Translations under genes and position numbers: made by a program | The notes under the pieces: model-generated | Databases searched by the model: none | The model's input: only the letters and a program-made list of their open reading frames with translations | What the model was told of the DNA's origin: nothing | Source: Anolis carolinensis | Lineage: Eukaryota | Assembly (NCBI RefSeq): GCF_035594765.1 | Contig: NC_085846.1 | Span: 14,929,190-14,993,189, forward strand | Length of the DNA: 64,000 nt | Direction of reading: 5' to 3' | Shown: positions 13,157 to 27,354 of the stretch, in pieces | How the letters are laid out: each line of letters opens with the position of its first letter | Position numbering within the stretch: the first letter of the stretch is position 1

Positions 13157-14781
13157 CAGGCAGTCCCCAAGTTACTAACATCCAACTTACAAACAACTCA
13201 TAGTTAAGAATGGGGGGGGGGGGGGGAACAATACGAAGTGAGAGAAATCTATTCCATGGAAGAGAAATTCACTCCTGAAAGAGTGATCATGGGGGAAAGG
13301 GGTCTCCACTAAAGCAATAGCACCAATTCTTGTTTCCACAACAAGCCAGTTTTTTTTTTTCAAAATCCAATTCTCACAGGGACAGAAAGTGAGGTGAAAT
13401 CTTCTGAACAGGGGCAAAAATGGCAAAATAAATGTCATAGGGGTGTTAACCCTATGCTATCTAAAGCATGTATGTATGTGTGTGTGTGTGTGTGTATAAT
13501 CTAAATCTAATCTAATCTAATCTAATCTATCTATCTAAATCTAATCTATCTAAATATAAATCTAATCTAATTTATCTAATCTAATCTAAATCTAAATCTA
13601 AATCCATAATAAAAGCCAAAACCCGTATGTGTGTATGTGGCACATGTGTCCGCTCACACAGGCAGCCTCTGGCCTCCACAAACAGGCTACACTCCGCACT
13701 GCTCAAAACCCAGCAAGTCACTACTTTGCACTGACACTGAGGTTACAGCGAACACCATCAACATATACCCCAACCCCTGCCAATGTCCTCCCCAAAGACT
13801 ACAAACCACCACCCAAGGAATACTTTCATTTGGGGACAATTTCATCCTACATTTTGCTATTTTTTCCACCACAGGCAGGCATTCCAGGGTTCTCCATTGT
13901 TGTGGAATTTCCATGACCCCGCCTACTGCCCTTCCCTTTCAAATCTGTCTGCAAAACAAACAACAGAATTGAGCTGCAACTAAACTTACTGCAGGAGTTT
14001 GGGAGATTTAAGTTGTAGTTTAGCCTGCATCAAGTCAGACCATTGTGACTCCTACTGGAGAATTTTTAGGAGTTATAGTTCACCTACACCCAGAACGCTA
14101 GAAACCCAAATAATGATGGGTTTGGACCACATTTCCCATCCATACCTGATATGACCAGATTTGACTACTGGTGGGTTTCAAGGGGAATTGACCTGGACAT
14201 TTAGGAGTAGTAGGTACTGGGATTTATAGGTTACCTCCAATGAATAAGTACTTCAAACCCCACCGATGATGGACCAGGACCAAACTTTCCACACAGAGCC
14301 CCCATAACCAATACAACCTATTGGACAAGTTGGGGGGAAAGAAAGTTATAGTTCACCTGCATCCAGAGAAACAGTGACCCCCACAGACAATGGACCACAA
14401 CCACACTTCGCACAGAGAACCCTCATGACCAACTGAACATACTGCAGGTGTTAGTGAGAAGCCAGGCAATGACCACCCAGTGACATATCTGGACCACACT
14501 TGGTACACAGATCCAAAATGCTTAACTTTTCATACTGGCAGGGTTTCGGGAGGATTGAGCCACGCTTCTACAAATTGTAGTTCACCCACTCGAAACACAA
14601 TACATAACATTGAAAGACAAATAAGGCCATTCTCAAATGACCCGGGCACCACCGGGTCCCCAAGCTAGTATATATATAAAAGCTGGATTACACTTAAAAA
14701 ATGTACCTGTTCCGACATACAAATTCAACTTCAGAAAAAAATCTACAGAACCTATCTTGTTTGTAACTTGGGGATTGCCTC
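13157..14781. mobile_element. Tc1/mariner-Tigger-type MITE with nested Helitron
   Basis: TA|CAGGCAGTCCCCAAGTTAC ... GTAACTTGGGGATTGCCTC|TA. Other copies at about 28185-28476 and 36948-37408. Confidence 0.8.
13498..14668 (+). mobile_element. Non-autonomous Helitron
   Basis: 3-prime hairpin GACCCGG-gcacca-CCGGGTC followed by CTAG|T; (TCTAA)n 5-prime region; no TSD. The 5-prime boundary is approximate. Confidence 0.7.
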
Positions 14782-15379
14782 TATATGACTGTATGATAAG
14801 GTCCACAGCCTCCAACTGTTATTTTGGCCACGGATGGTATAGCAGCTGCCTTGCTATTCCTAATTAAAAATGTAAATGTTTCTTGTTATATTATTTACAC
14901 AAAGTGAACTGTTGTGATGGATGCAACAGGAAGTATGAGGTACTTGGAAACCTGATCATGGAGGGACCAAGTTACTTGTAATTCCTTCTTTTTGAAATCA
15001 TTACATCACAACTAAGTTGCCATGTAACAAAAGATCACTGTGACTTGTTTTAGTTACATAAGCATGACTTCCCTGCTATATAGAACAGTGGCTTAAAGAC
15101 TGAAAAAAGAGAAACATTTACAATTGTAATTAGAAGAATAACTTACTGCTATTTGATTGGAGGGGGTTAGAACTATCATCATAATTAGGGACATGAGACA
15201 CAAGAATAGTCAAAACACAGCAATTCAAATTAATGTCCTTCTTTTAAAAACAAAAAATAAAACTAGCCAAAATCTTTAAACTATACAAAATGCCATTAGG
15301 CCATTTTGCAATGCAGAATTTGACCATCAGAGTTTTGAAGTAGGACAAGGAAATCTGGATTTTAATTCATAAACTATTT

Positions 15380-15652
15380 ACTGCCCTAACCCTCAGCACC
15401 TTACCCTATTCCTGAGTCTCATTGCCTTGTGTTTTTGTACATGCCTGCCTTTCCTGTAATTTCTTAATAGCCCCACCATTTAGTCCTGATGCTCTCTGAT
15501 GTATTTTATGAATGTTATTTTACTGTTATTGTTTTAATTATATATGCTGCTGTTTTATTGTTTTATCTGTTGATTGGGCTTGGTCCCCATGTGAATGGCT
15601 CCGAGTACCCTCGGAGAGATGGAAGCGGGGTTATAAATGAATAAACAAATAA

Positions 15653-15705
<53 letters not shown>
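15380..15705 (+). mobile_element. LINE (L2-like) 3-prime end with (TTA)n tail
   Basis: ccgagtaccctcggagagatggaagcggggttataaat terminal motif followed by a microsatellite. Confidence 0.55.
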
Positions 15706-15706
<1 letters not shown>

Positions 15707-16967
15707 TAGATCTGAAACTCACAGCCTTCAGCCGATTCCTTATGCATTCAATCCTATTTCTTGGGATAAAAGACGTGTGGCAGGGAGAGAGTCAATGTGC
15801 CTTTGTGGGAAGCTTGGATAAAAATAAAGCTAAAATATATTTATAAATAGAACTTAAATCAGAGTAATAATCAGGAAGTAAACAGATTTTTAATATACTT
15901 TTGATTTAAATGTCAAAACTATAATAACAAATTAACTGGGACTGGGAAAGGAAGAAGACAGAATCTAGTTTTGACAGGTGGCATAATGTTGCAAATAACC
16001 TTCGTCAGAAAAACAAACAAAAAATCAACGATAGAGGCAGCTTATCATTTTCAATGATTTTCTCAACAAGCTAGATTGGATTTAACAAAACTGCATCTGA
16101 TTTTTTGCAGCTGCCAAGGCAGAGCCACTTTGAACATTATCAAGTTCCGTTTGCTTTAATAAAAGCTGAGGGCTATTATTTATTTGAGGAATTCATCTAA
16201 GATCAATTATTTCCACAGAGAGAGAGAAGAACTAGGACATACTGTGGCTAATGATCCTTGAAAGCATAAAAACAGACTGTCTCATTTTGTCTATTGGGGC
16301 CAGGGCACTGTTTCGTCATGTCACTGAAGAAATAGAAACCTCAATGTGAGGAATTTGCTCTTGGATTGGGGAATATTGGAAGCAAGGAAGCAAGGCTGCT
16401 AGTTTCCCCCTTCCAGTCTGGCTGATTCATAACCTGGGATCCCATGGTTCCTTGCAAACCATCTAGCCCAGGCTACTGCAGTGTTTTACACCTACTTGCA
16501 GAATGGTTTCCCTTATCAGAAGTCACACAGAATGGACAAATGTAGCATCACAGCACGCAAACACAGTTTCCGCTTGGCAAAGGATTGCATGGTATAGAAA
16601 GGACTGGTGGGAGGTGGGAGAGACATGAGACATAAGAACAGTCAAAACACAGCTATTCACAGTTAATGAATTTTTGAATGGTACATTTGATTGCCAAAGA
16701 TAGGACATCTGTCTTCCGTGGCCCGAAGACAAATTCGGAAAAGCTCTATCTGTCTATAATGTGGGCATAATACTGGGAGAGACAAGTTGAATTGTCACTG
16801 CAAAAAAGACATAGAAACCTGTGGCCTTACATTTTGGACTAACTACAACAACCCTCATCAACATTGGGGTTCATGGAACTTGGAGCCCAATAAGATTTGG
16901 CATTCCATTGATTCTCCATTCTTGTTTTAATATCAGGCCAAATGTACACTCTAGCAGAATTTTAATA

Positions 16968-17275
16968 CAGTAGAGTCTCACTTATCCAAGCCTCTGGATA
17001 ATCCAAGCCATTTTTGTAGTCAATGTTTTCAATATATTGTGATATTTTGGTGCTAAATTCGGAAATACAGTAATTACAACATAACATTACTGCGCATTGA
17101 GCTACTTTTTCTGTCAAATTTGTTGTATAACATGAAGTTTTGGCGCTTAATTTGTAAAATTATAACCTAATGTGATGTTTAATAGGCTTTTCCTTAATCC
17201 CTCCTTATTATCCAAGATATTCGCTTATCCAAGCTTCTGCCGGCCCGTTTAGCTTGGATAAGTGAGAGTCTACTG
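16968..17275. mobile_element. Tc1/mariner-type MITE (308 bp)
   Basis: TIR CAGTAGAGTCTCACTTATCCAAG, TA TSD. Confidence 0.85.
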
Positions 17276-17534
17276 TACCATGATTTTACTAATTTTTTGG
17301 GGGGGTCTTTCGAATAGAACTCCAATATCTGTGGATGTAACATACTCTACTTATTCCATTCTCATCTACCATTGAATATGCTTATGAATCACTCAATTGA
17401 GTTACAAAAAAAAATCTCATAATATTTTAAGTACATTTACAATTTTGTATTGGGCTGCAACCCTTGTCCAACCCATGGACCAAGGGTTGGACAAGCCTGG
17501 TTTCAAAACTGTTCTCAGCAAAAGGTACTGGGAT

Positions 17535-17800
17535 CTAACTTTTCCTGATATTCAGGTGGAATCTCCTTTCCTGTAGTTTGAACCCATTGTTCCGCTTCCT
17601 AGTCTCCAGGGCAGCAGAAAACAAGCCTTCTCCTTCCTCCCTCTGACTTCCCCTCACATCTTTATACATGGCCCTCATCATGTCTCCTCTCAGTCTTCTC
17701 TTCTGCAAGTTAAACATGCCCAGCTCTTTAAGCCGCTCCTCACAGGGCTTGTTCTCCAAACCCTTGATCATTTTAGTCACCCTCCTCTCGACACATTCAG
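17535..17800 (-). mobile_element. CR1 LINE fragment
   Basis: TKMIKGLENKPCEERLKELGMFNLQKRRLRGD. Other CR1 fragments at about 18945-19240(-), 29454-29670(+), 41545-41770(+), 44100-44380(-), 57065-57310(+). Confidence 0.85.
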
Positions 17801-17809
17801 TGAAGTTGA

Positions 17810-18010
17810 TGGCAGAGGATCATTGCTTCAATACTGGTGGTCTTTGCTTCTTCCAGAATGTTGAAGTTTGTTTGCTTGTCTTTCCAAGAGACTTGCAGGA
17901 TTTTCCAAAGGCAACGCTGATGGAATCTTTCCAGAGGTCAAGAGTGGCATTTGTAGATGGTCTATGTTTCACAGGCATATAGCAGCACTGGAAGAACAAT
18001 AGCTTTTAAT
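17810..18010 (-). mobile_element. RTE-clade LINE fragment
   Basis: Minus-strand reading AIVLPVLLYACET...ERFHQRCLWKILQVSWKDKQTN, with stops. Confidence 0.7.
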
Positions 18011-18612
18011 AATGTGATGATGATTGCTACTGTCTTTTATGGATTTGTTTTAATTCCATGGATAGCTTATTTTCATTTTGGCAACAACTTCTTGAATGTT
18101 TTCATTATATATATGCAAATATTTTTTCTCTATTTGTTTTAATTGTTCTGAGCTGCCTAGAGTCCATCTTGGGGCAAAAGACAGGGTATAGGTGACTAAA
18201 TTGTTACTGTCATAATCTCTGATCTCCACACTTTTCCTTTTCTTACCTCCCATTTTGACTGGGTCTTTCTCAGCACATATCTTTGAACATGCATAACTAC
18301 ATCATACTAGTGCAGCAGTGAGGTGGGATGGAAACAGATTTGCTGTCCTTTGTCATTTAAAAAAAATACTGGTTGAGCATTGACCAGGAGAGAACACAGT
18401 CTCAGTCTCTTTCCATTTAATCTGTAAAATCTCTATGGGTACACAAAATATTTTCTTTGGAGGAAGGAGAGTATGTCCCTAATAACAAATGGCATCCCAG
18501 GAAGTAGTCAACAGGTACTTTTGAGAAGTAAATATACAGTTGTAATGGATACACCAGGATACCCCAAGGCAATTTGCTGCCTGAGTGAAAAGACACAATG
18601 GTGCCCACATTC

Positions 18613-18942
18613 CCATGCCCTTCAGTTGTCCCAGTTTGGCAGGAACAGTCCCAATTAACACTCTCCCATCCCAAATTTTCAGCTGCTTTTAAAATTGCCT
18701 CTTTTTATTAACTTTCTCCCCTTGTTCTTCAACTGCTGCAAACCGAGGTTAAAGTGCAGATAGTTTGCACTGAGTTCTCTCAGGAGATGAGAGGAGGAGT
18801 GAAATATTGCCCTTCTTGGTCAGCTCAGACAAACTGCTGCAGCCTCTTCTACCTTCTGTGTTACTCCTCATCATTAACTTGTGCCATCTTGACCACACTC
18901 TCATGTAGATTGGCCACACATCTCCCAGTTTTCATCTATGAA
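18613..18942 (+). repeat. Unclassified dispersed repeat
   Basis: catgccct....tgtcc..tttggcaggaacagt.ccaattaa..ctct motif. Copies at about 1738, 21185, 47640 and 62063, and reversed near 6150-6270. Confidence 0.55.
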
Positions 18943-20879
18943 GTAGAATCACAGAGTTGGAAGACACCACAGGGACCCTCCAGTCTCCCTGCCATGCAGG
19001 AACACATAATCAAAGCATTGTTGACAGATGCTCATCCAATCTCAGCTTTAAAACCTCCAGAGAAGGAAATTCTCCCACACTCCAAGGTAGCATATCCCAT
19101 TGCTGAACAGCTCTTAGCATAAGGAAGTTCTTCCTAATGTTTAGGTGGAGTCTCTTTTCCTGCAATTTGAATCCATTGTTCCGTGTCCTAGTCTCTAGAG
19201 CAGCAGAAAACAAGCTCCCCCCCCCCCACTCCTCAAAGTGACATTTTCAGAAGTTTTGGAGGATATGCATCCTGCGACATATATAGATGTCTACTGGCTT
19301 TGCACCTGAAATTGACTTCAACACTAGTAGTGGGAAAGCATCCGACACCACTTCTGGGGACAACATCAAGCTGAAGGCCACATTGCATTCACAATTCTAT
19401 TATCTGCTTTATTTCTGCTCCCTGCTTCACTCTGTCAAATGGTAGGCCTGATCCTAGAAAAACTATCAACAGAGCCAAAGTGCATTTTTCCCAGATACGC
19501 AACATTATGCTTTCAGTACAGGTACGATACAAGTTCTTTCAAACAATAGGGTAACCTTGAGGAAAACAAGCATACTTGGGGCAACAACAGATATGGGGGT
19601 AAAAAACTGTCAGCAATCCCTTCACCGAAGGAAATCTGTCTGTCACACAATATGCAGACAGAATTCCATGTGCAACTAAGAGATTTATTTTGTTGTGAAA
19701 ACAGAAAGAAGAAGAGGTGCAGTCTACAGGTTCCAATGAAGAGGTCCAACAGGTTGCTTGCTCTTTCCTATCCTACCTTTGCCCAGTATGCAATTGTCTC
19801 ATTAATTACTACTCTCCGCAGACTACAGTATTTGCTTACAGGGGAGGGTGTCCCTTGGCAGCCAAGTTTCTAACAGGTGCTTTTGCAAATAACCCATGGG
19901 CTTCCTGGATTAGCCAGTTGCACATTGCCTCTCCGCCTGGCAACAGGCACAGAAAGGGGAGCTGCTAGGGGAAAAATCCCACAAGTCTACTGGGAAAGAA
20001 AGTGAGAGCTAAGAAAAGAGGACCTTGAAATCCCTTGGTTTACTCCTGAAGCCAGCATTGGATCGTCTGCCTTCCTTCCATCAGGAAAGACAGCAGAACT
20101 GGAGAAGTGAAAGAGGATACATAGCCGGAACTTCTAAGCGAGGAGGGAGGTGTGTGGAAACAAACAAAGTAAGAATGGGAAATGCACACGGAGGAAACAG
20201 AAGCAGCAAGGGGTCTTAGAGTCTGTAGGATAAACTGTGCTAGCTCATGGTTACAGTGGGAGGGTAACAGACCCCATCAAAACAGCTTGGGGTCTGCTGT
20301 CTTCATGATGGGAAAAAAGCTTCCAAAAATGGGGTGATCAGTATGATCAGAATGGGTGGAGTAGATAGCCTGGGTTCTTTGAAATGGGAGATTAGCTAGC
20401 TATAGACCTAAAGAGTAGAATAAAGATAAGATGAATGCACACCAAGGAAGTAGAAGTGGTATGTACAAGAAAGAGAAGACTTGTTAATACAGTATATGTC
20501 TAAAAGAGAAAACCTGTGACAATGATCTGAATAACCATGAAAGACACTGTGGTGACTGCTACTTTTATTCGAGCACCCTAAGGGATCAGTAGAATCCCCC
20601 CTTTAATAAAAAGTAAGAAAATAATTGGAAATAATTTCTGTTTGTGCCTCCAATAGACAGATAGAAATTCAAGGAAGAAGTAGGCAGTTTCCTTCAGGGT
20701 AATATGTAAGGTTGCCAGAGTGAAAACTGGAAAGGTGTTCTATATCTGCAATGGTTGTTCAGAAAAATCAATTTCAGCAGATTCTGCTCATCATGTAATA
20801 GAGTAACCAGCAACACCTGTGAAATGTAAATTTCTGGATAACCATTAAAGATACAGTTTTTGGTTTAAGAGCTCTAGAT

Positions 20880-21013
20880 CAGTGGTTCTCAACCTGTGGG
20901 ACCCCAGATGTTTTGGCCTTCAACTCCCAGAAATCCTAACAGATGGTAAACTGGCTGGGATTTCTGGGAGTTGTAGGGCAAAACACCTGGGGACCCACAG
21001 GTTGAGAACCACT
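20880..21013. mobile_element. Short hAT MITE
   Basis: TIR CAGTGGTTCTCAACCT, TSD CTCTAGAT/TTCTAGAT. Related short hAT MITEs at 27600-27731, about 10943-11066 and about 62389-62523. Confidence 0.8.
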
Positions 21014-22394
21014 GTTCTAGATGAACCTTCTCCACAGTCTTGCCTGAATGGGGCTGAAAGAGGGTGGTGGAGACGACAGGAATGGAATCAATGAGGTGAA
21101 AATGTTAGATAGCAAGTGATGAGTCTGACTGAAGCTTCACAGACAGAAATGGGTTCACACATGAAAATTTGGGTGCCACTGCCTCATGCCCTCCAACTTT
21201 CCTAATTTGGCAGAGACTCTTGGGATTAATCCTCTGAAATCCCACTTCTTTTCAACTTTTTTTTTAATCTACTTCTTTCTCCTTTCCCCTTTTCCCCCTT
21301 TGTTCCCAGCATACTTCAATTATTGTAAACTGAGTTCAAAGTATAAAAGTAGATTGCAGTTAACTACTTTAGGAATCTTTACTACACTCTGATGTCACAT
21401 GTGTCTGGGTTTCCGGAAAATATCTTTATATGCTCTCTATATCTCATTTATTCATTTGCTTAATGTATGTAAAGAAAGGACTTTGCAGTTTTTGGAATTA
21501 CTGTACTCCAGAGCCCCAATCTAGCCTTGATCCTGAAAAAGTGTGGTTAGAAGAAGAATGGGATTACTTTTAAAATAAGGGTTGGTAAAATTAGAAAGAG
21601 TTGATATATTTCTGAAACCTTTACAATAGCTCAGCAAATATCGGCCCTTCCACATAGCCATATAACCCAGAATATCAAGGCAGATAATCCACAATATCAG
21701 CTTTGAACTGAATTATCTGAGTCCACACTGCCATATAATACAGTTCAATGTGGATTTCATACAGCTGTGGGGAAGGGGCATATATTTCACTCTCTTTTTT
21801 TGGCTTCTTAAACAAGGAAAATGGAGGTGAGACAAGGGAGCCTATTCACACTACACAATTAAGGTATTATTAATCCACTTTGTGCTAAAATCCCATCCTA
21901 CAGAATCCTGAGATATGTAGTTTGGTGAGGTACTATGGTTCTATGAAACGGAATTCTAAACATCCCTTCCTACTCTGCAAATTCCAGGGTTCCATGGGAT
22001 GTTGCCATGGCAGTTGGAATGGAATGCAGCACTATAATTATTATTGTGTGGTGTGAATGGGCCCTAGGAGTGGGTGTTTATATGGAAAAGCTAAGGCTAA
22101 GAGCTTAAAAATATATCCCAGTGAACATGTGCTAAAAATGCCCTTTACCTTTCTTTAATAATATGTGTACATCTTCCCCGACACAACACTATGTAAACAT
22201 CTACTTTTTTTAAAACCCACCGGTCAGGCCATCCCATCCCTTGATTGTTCCAATGCTGGTTTAAAATGAAAATCTATCTTGGTTTCAAATCCCTGATTAA
22301 TAGTGAAATGTAACAGTTGTGATTACTGAATGTTACATGGTTCTTTTGCACATTTAGACTCTCCACAACCCTTTTATAAGACATACTGTTAATT

Positions 22395-23589
22395 CAGTGG
22401 TTCTCAATCTTCATAATGCCATGACTCCTTAATACAGTTCATGTTGTGGTGACGCCCAACCATAAAATTATTTTCATTGTTACTTCAGAACTGTAATTTT
22501 GCTACGGTTAGGAATTGTAATGTAAATATCTGATATGCAGGATGTATTTTCATTCACTGGACCAAATTTGGGACAAATACCCGATATGTCCAAATTTGAA
22601 TACTGGTGGGGTTGGGGGGAGGGATCATTTTGTCATTTGGGAGTTGTAGTTGCTGAGATTTATAGTTAACCTAAAATCAAAGAGCATTCTGAACTCCACC
22701 AATGATGTAATCGAACTGAACTTGGCACACAGAACTCCCTTGACCAACAGAAAATACTGGAAGGGTTTGGTGGGCACTGACCTTGAGTTTTGGAGAGTAC
22801 TGTGTACCCAAACAATAATGGATGTGGACCAAACTTGGCATGAATAATCAATTTGCCCGAATTTGAACACTGGTGGAGTTTGGGGAAATAGACCTTGACA
22901 TTTGGGAATTGTAGGTAAAGGTAAAGGTTTCCCCTGACATTAAGTCCAGTCGTGTCCAACTCTGGGGGTTTGTGCTCATCTCCATTTCTAAGCCAAAGAG
23001 CCGGCATTGTCCATAGACACCTCCAAGGTCATGTGGCCGGCATGACTGCATGGAGCGCCGTTACCTTCCTGCCAGAGCAGTACCTATTGATCTACTCACA
23101 TTTGCATGTTTTCAAACTGCTAGGTTGGCAGGAGCTAGGGCTAACAGCGGGTGCTCATTCTGCTCTCAGAATTTGAACCTGGGGCCTTTTGGTCCGCAAG
23201 TTCAGCAGCTCAGCGCTTTAACACACCTACAATCAAAGAGCCCTCAAGCCCCACCAATGATAGAATTGGGCCAAACTTCCCACACAGCACCCCCATGACC
23301 AACAGAAAATACTGGAGGAATTTAGGAAAAATTAACAGTGATTTTGGGGAGATGTAGTTCACCTACCTCTGGAGAGCTCAGAAGCTGGCCAATCCCAGCA
23401 GGAGGAGGGCTTTTGGTGGGAGGATTCACCATCTCTTTCCAAAAAGGAAGAGAAGGACAGGCGGAGAGATCTTCAGCCTTCCCTGCCAAAGGGGTTGCTA
23501 AGACCATCAGAAATACGTGTTTTCTGATGGTTTTTGGCAACCCCTCTGACACCCCCCAGGGTTCCCGACCCCCAGGTTGAGAAACGTTG
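22395..23589. mobile_element. hAT non-autonomous element with nested Sauria SINE (about 22914-23225, -)
   Basis: CAGTGGTTCTCAA...TTGAGAAACGTTG termini; TSD TGTTAATT/TGTTCATT; SINE tail ggtaaaggtaaagg. Confidence 0.75.
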
Positions 23590-26500
23590 TGTTCATTCAA
23601 GACTGAGGGGGAAGTGGGAAGCTATGCATGAATAAAGAAAGGTCTGGGCAAAAAGGGGGGAATAGAAGGATAATGAGTTAATTTTTAATTATCTTAAGCC
23701 CACCAGTCAGTGCCCCACAGATGATAGATTCTGTGCATTTCACACATCAGAGACTCATCCTAGTTTTGCTTTAAACTTTTGTTGCGATTGAGTGCTCTGT
23801 ACTCAAAAGCCAGCACAGTATTTTGCGAGCTCTCAGTTGTCCTAATTTGAGACTCTTTATCAGAATAATAGCGTAATAATAATTAACTAATAAAACTCAT
23901 TATCTTCCTATAGGACTATCCTCCTTGTTTGCCCAGTCCTTTACTTTTCATGTCCTGCCAACCCAAGAGAGTCCCTGCTTCTCAAAGCCCTTCTCCCTCC
24001 TGATTTTTGTTCAGCCTTCTAGCCGGCAACCATAAAGGTGGAGTAGTAAACAAAGAAGCTGGGTGTGTCATCTTATCAGCAGTTTCCTGGGAAGGCAGCT
24101 AGTCTACCTGGCATGCTGGGGTTGGAGAACTGAACAGGAGTGGCTGTTTCTCAAGGAAGTAGCAAAGTTTAGCAGTCCCTATCACAATCTTGTAAAATCC
24201 TATTTTCTTAACTCTTATAGAGAAGTACTCCCATGAAAGGGAGGAATTAATCATTTTCAACCATTTCTCTTTTCCTGTGCACTTTAGGAGCTGTGATAAG
24301 AAACAAATGCTTCTGCAGCCAAGGGGTGCATTTCTAGTTGTGCAAGCTGGTCCTTTCTATACTGATGCCTCCTTGCTGAAATTATCATTCCTCAAAGAAG
24401 CTTCTCCTCCCAATTGATCTGGCAGGGGTTAGAGGAAGAGATCATCGAAGCGTGGATGTGTTCATTTCTGAAGTCAGCTCATGTTCGAACTACAAGGCTG
24501 ATGGATATGGAAAAAGAGAGAGATTTCTACCACATGTTTAAAGCTGACTAAGAAGAGTGGACAATCTTAAAATGCTACTTGGATAAAAGTGGAAAAGATT
24601 CTAGAAGGCAGATTTCTCATCAGAAAGAAAGCTCTACAGATTTTCATAGGCTAAGAAAAAAAAAGGCTCTGCTGTCATTGGCTGGGAATTACGTGAATTT
24701 ACAACTGTGCAATGACCTGTTTTCTGTGCTATCAGAAAACTGGCATACTGTTCATTCAGAGAAAGAAACTAAAATAAACTCGGAGCACTTCCCAATTGTT
24801 TCTTCACTGAACATATGAAATATTTCACGTCTTAGCTGGTCAAGGCTGCAGATAATTTAGAACTCTTGACCAATGCAGCCAAAGAATACCCCCTTCTCAA
24901 AACTAACAACTGGGACCATTGCTTCTATTTCATAAATGTGTACTTGTGATGTTCACATTTTGGAATATGCTCGGCATTCGAAGAACAGAGACTGAGTATC
25001 TAGATGAACTACTGGGAAGACCATTTTGGGTTTCTGGATCTATTTGATATTTCTTTATATATATAAACAATTATTGAACACTGGAAATATAGAGGTATAG
25101 ATGGACTGGCAAAAGACATCAAAGAAGGAACTTCTCATTATATGTCTTTATATGGAAAAATCCAGATAATATTATGTTGCTTCCTTCACTGTTTTATGAA
25201 GCCAACACAAGAAATGGGAGGATTTCTGCTTCAGGGTGCTCTCTCCTAATCACCACTCCAGAAAACTGGATTATCTTATTTTCACAGCTGTAGATCTTGT
25301 TGTCCACGGAAGTATTGAAAGAGTGCTATTTTCCATCCTTTTGATTTTCTTTAGTCTCTGCCCAATAAGTGCTCAATGAAAGACAAGTTAGGAGCTCTCC
25401 TGCTCATCCATCTCATGTGAAACTGGAGTCAATTTAGGTCTAAAAGAAGAAAACCCAAGAGATCTGTGTGATACTCTCACTCAGACTTTGGATTTCAAAT
25501 GAATGATTCCATTATTATCTCCCATTAGTGTAGATGCAGACAAGCTACAGGTAGAGGAGTTGGCTTTCCAACCTAAGTTTAAAAGGTGCTCTAACAAAGT
25601 TAATGGTTTGATTTAAATTAGGGGTTGAGAGGATATTAGAGTGACAGGCAATTAGTCCACCAGCTCTGGAACTGCTGTATTTTTTTAAAGCCTGTATTTA
25701 TTTGAGGTGTTTGTTTCATAACTTGGGGGCTCTTGCTCCCTCCATATTTTAGGAGTCTGTATGCTAGCAGCAAGTGTTAAGAGACAGGGGTAACATAGCC
25801 AGATCCCTTTGGGCATAGACTTCACACATAGGATTAAATGTGATGGATTAAGGGTGACACCGGAGTGTGAAGTATGGAATGACCTATTTAAAAAGCTGAA
25901 ATTTAGGATCTTAAGGAGGCTGGAGAATACAGGGCTGCCTATAATGATTCCTGCATTCCTGTAAGGATGAACTTCTGAAGTGTTAAGACGACTGCTATAT
26001 ATTGAGACGTCTTGTCAACATTAGGCAATTCAAAAAGAGTGGGGAGGCTGGGTGCTGGGTGCCATCCCTGTGCTCAAGATTACAGTGCTCCATAAGGGGC
26101 TCCAATGTGACATAAGACATTTGGGGAAAGGATCTAAAGGGTGCTTGTGTCAATAAGGAGAAGGCTAAACTGTAGCACATCCTTTATGGTATCTTTAAAC
26201 TGAACCCCTGTGGCTGTTCCCAGGCAAGCATTCTGATCTGCAGCAAATGAAGTGACTACCAGATGTAACTCCGTGCACTGAACAAGTTACTGGGTGATAA
26301 TTTTGCATTTTCAAAGGAGGCCCTGATAATTCATCCACTTGTTTTTTCCCCCTCTGGCCAGTTGGCATTCCTAATTGCTTCTTGGAATTAAGGTGGTAGT
26401 CTGCGAAAAGGATATAGGCTAATTTATGCAAACAGATGCCAGCGGTATTTCCCTTCTCAGGCGTTAAAAGGAAGACTCATGGGATAAATGAAATCTACAG

Positions 26501-26644
26501 TAATGACAATCTTTATTTTTGAGATGTAAGATCTCAGTAGGGTGCAGGTAACAGGTTCTTTTGGCTTTCCATTTGCTGGAGGAGGATAGAAGGAGTTTTG
26601 TTTACAGGGACAATATAAGTTTTCATGCCTTTCCCCCAAAGGCC

Positions 26645-27103
26645 ATGGCTGGGTCACAGGTACGTTGCCTGGAAAGTGAGGCGCCATATCTGAAAATAAC
26701 AGAATCAAACCCTGAATTTTATTACTGCGAGGGTCAACGGCTGGCCCTTGAAGCCTTGCTCTCTGAAGGGGAGGAGGCCTTTAAGAAGAGCCTCATTCAG
26801 GAAAAGTTGCGCCCTTTTCTGTCAGATGCAGAACTCCGGGAGCTGAAAGCAGAAGTGAAAGAAGAAGATTGGCAAACATCTGAACCTGTAGAACTGGGGA
26901 AATTGAACCATGATGGTGATGAGTCCAGTTTCACTTACTGGCCAGGACGATCAGATGAGCCCACTCCAGAGCTGGAACTGGGGTGGCCAAGCAACAATGT
27001 TTGGAAAGGGATTACAAGAGCAGAGGTTTACACACATCCACCGGGAGAAGGAGCACCGCACATCAAGGAGCTGGTCCGCAGGAGTATCCAACAGGCTGAC
27101 AAG
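26645..27103 (+). CDS. FAM83E: FAM83E coding exon 1 (DUF1669/PLD-like N-terminal domain)
   Basis: Kozak GCCATGG at 26645. Peptide MAGSQVRCL...FYYCEGQRLALEALLSEGEEAF...TYWPGRSDEPTPELELGWP...HPPGEGAPHIKELVRRSIQQADK is typical FAM83. Donor AAG|gtatta, phase 0, 459 nt. Confidence 0.93.
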
Positions 27104-27354
27104 GTATTATTGAAGGGATTATCTGGGCCATCTTTCTAGCCCTCATGATGGATTTGGAGAAAGGTCTTACATTATTTGGACCAGCTGTGTCCAACCTTTG
27201 GCCCACCAGGTGTTTTGGACTTCAACTCCCAGAAGCCTTGGCCTGCTTGTCCAATGGTCAGAAATTCTGGGAGTGAAAGTTCAAAACACCTGGAGGACCA
27301 AAGGTTGGACACCACTACATGTAGACTTAATTTAGAAAATTATCTTCTTCAACA

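Noticed and set aside
26561-26644. ORF-track start of FAM83E at TTG 26561
   Set aside because: The Kozak ATG at 26645 matches the FAM83 N-terminus (MA.SQ); the upstream part is likely UTR or intron.
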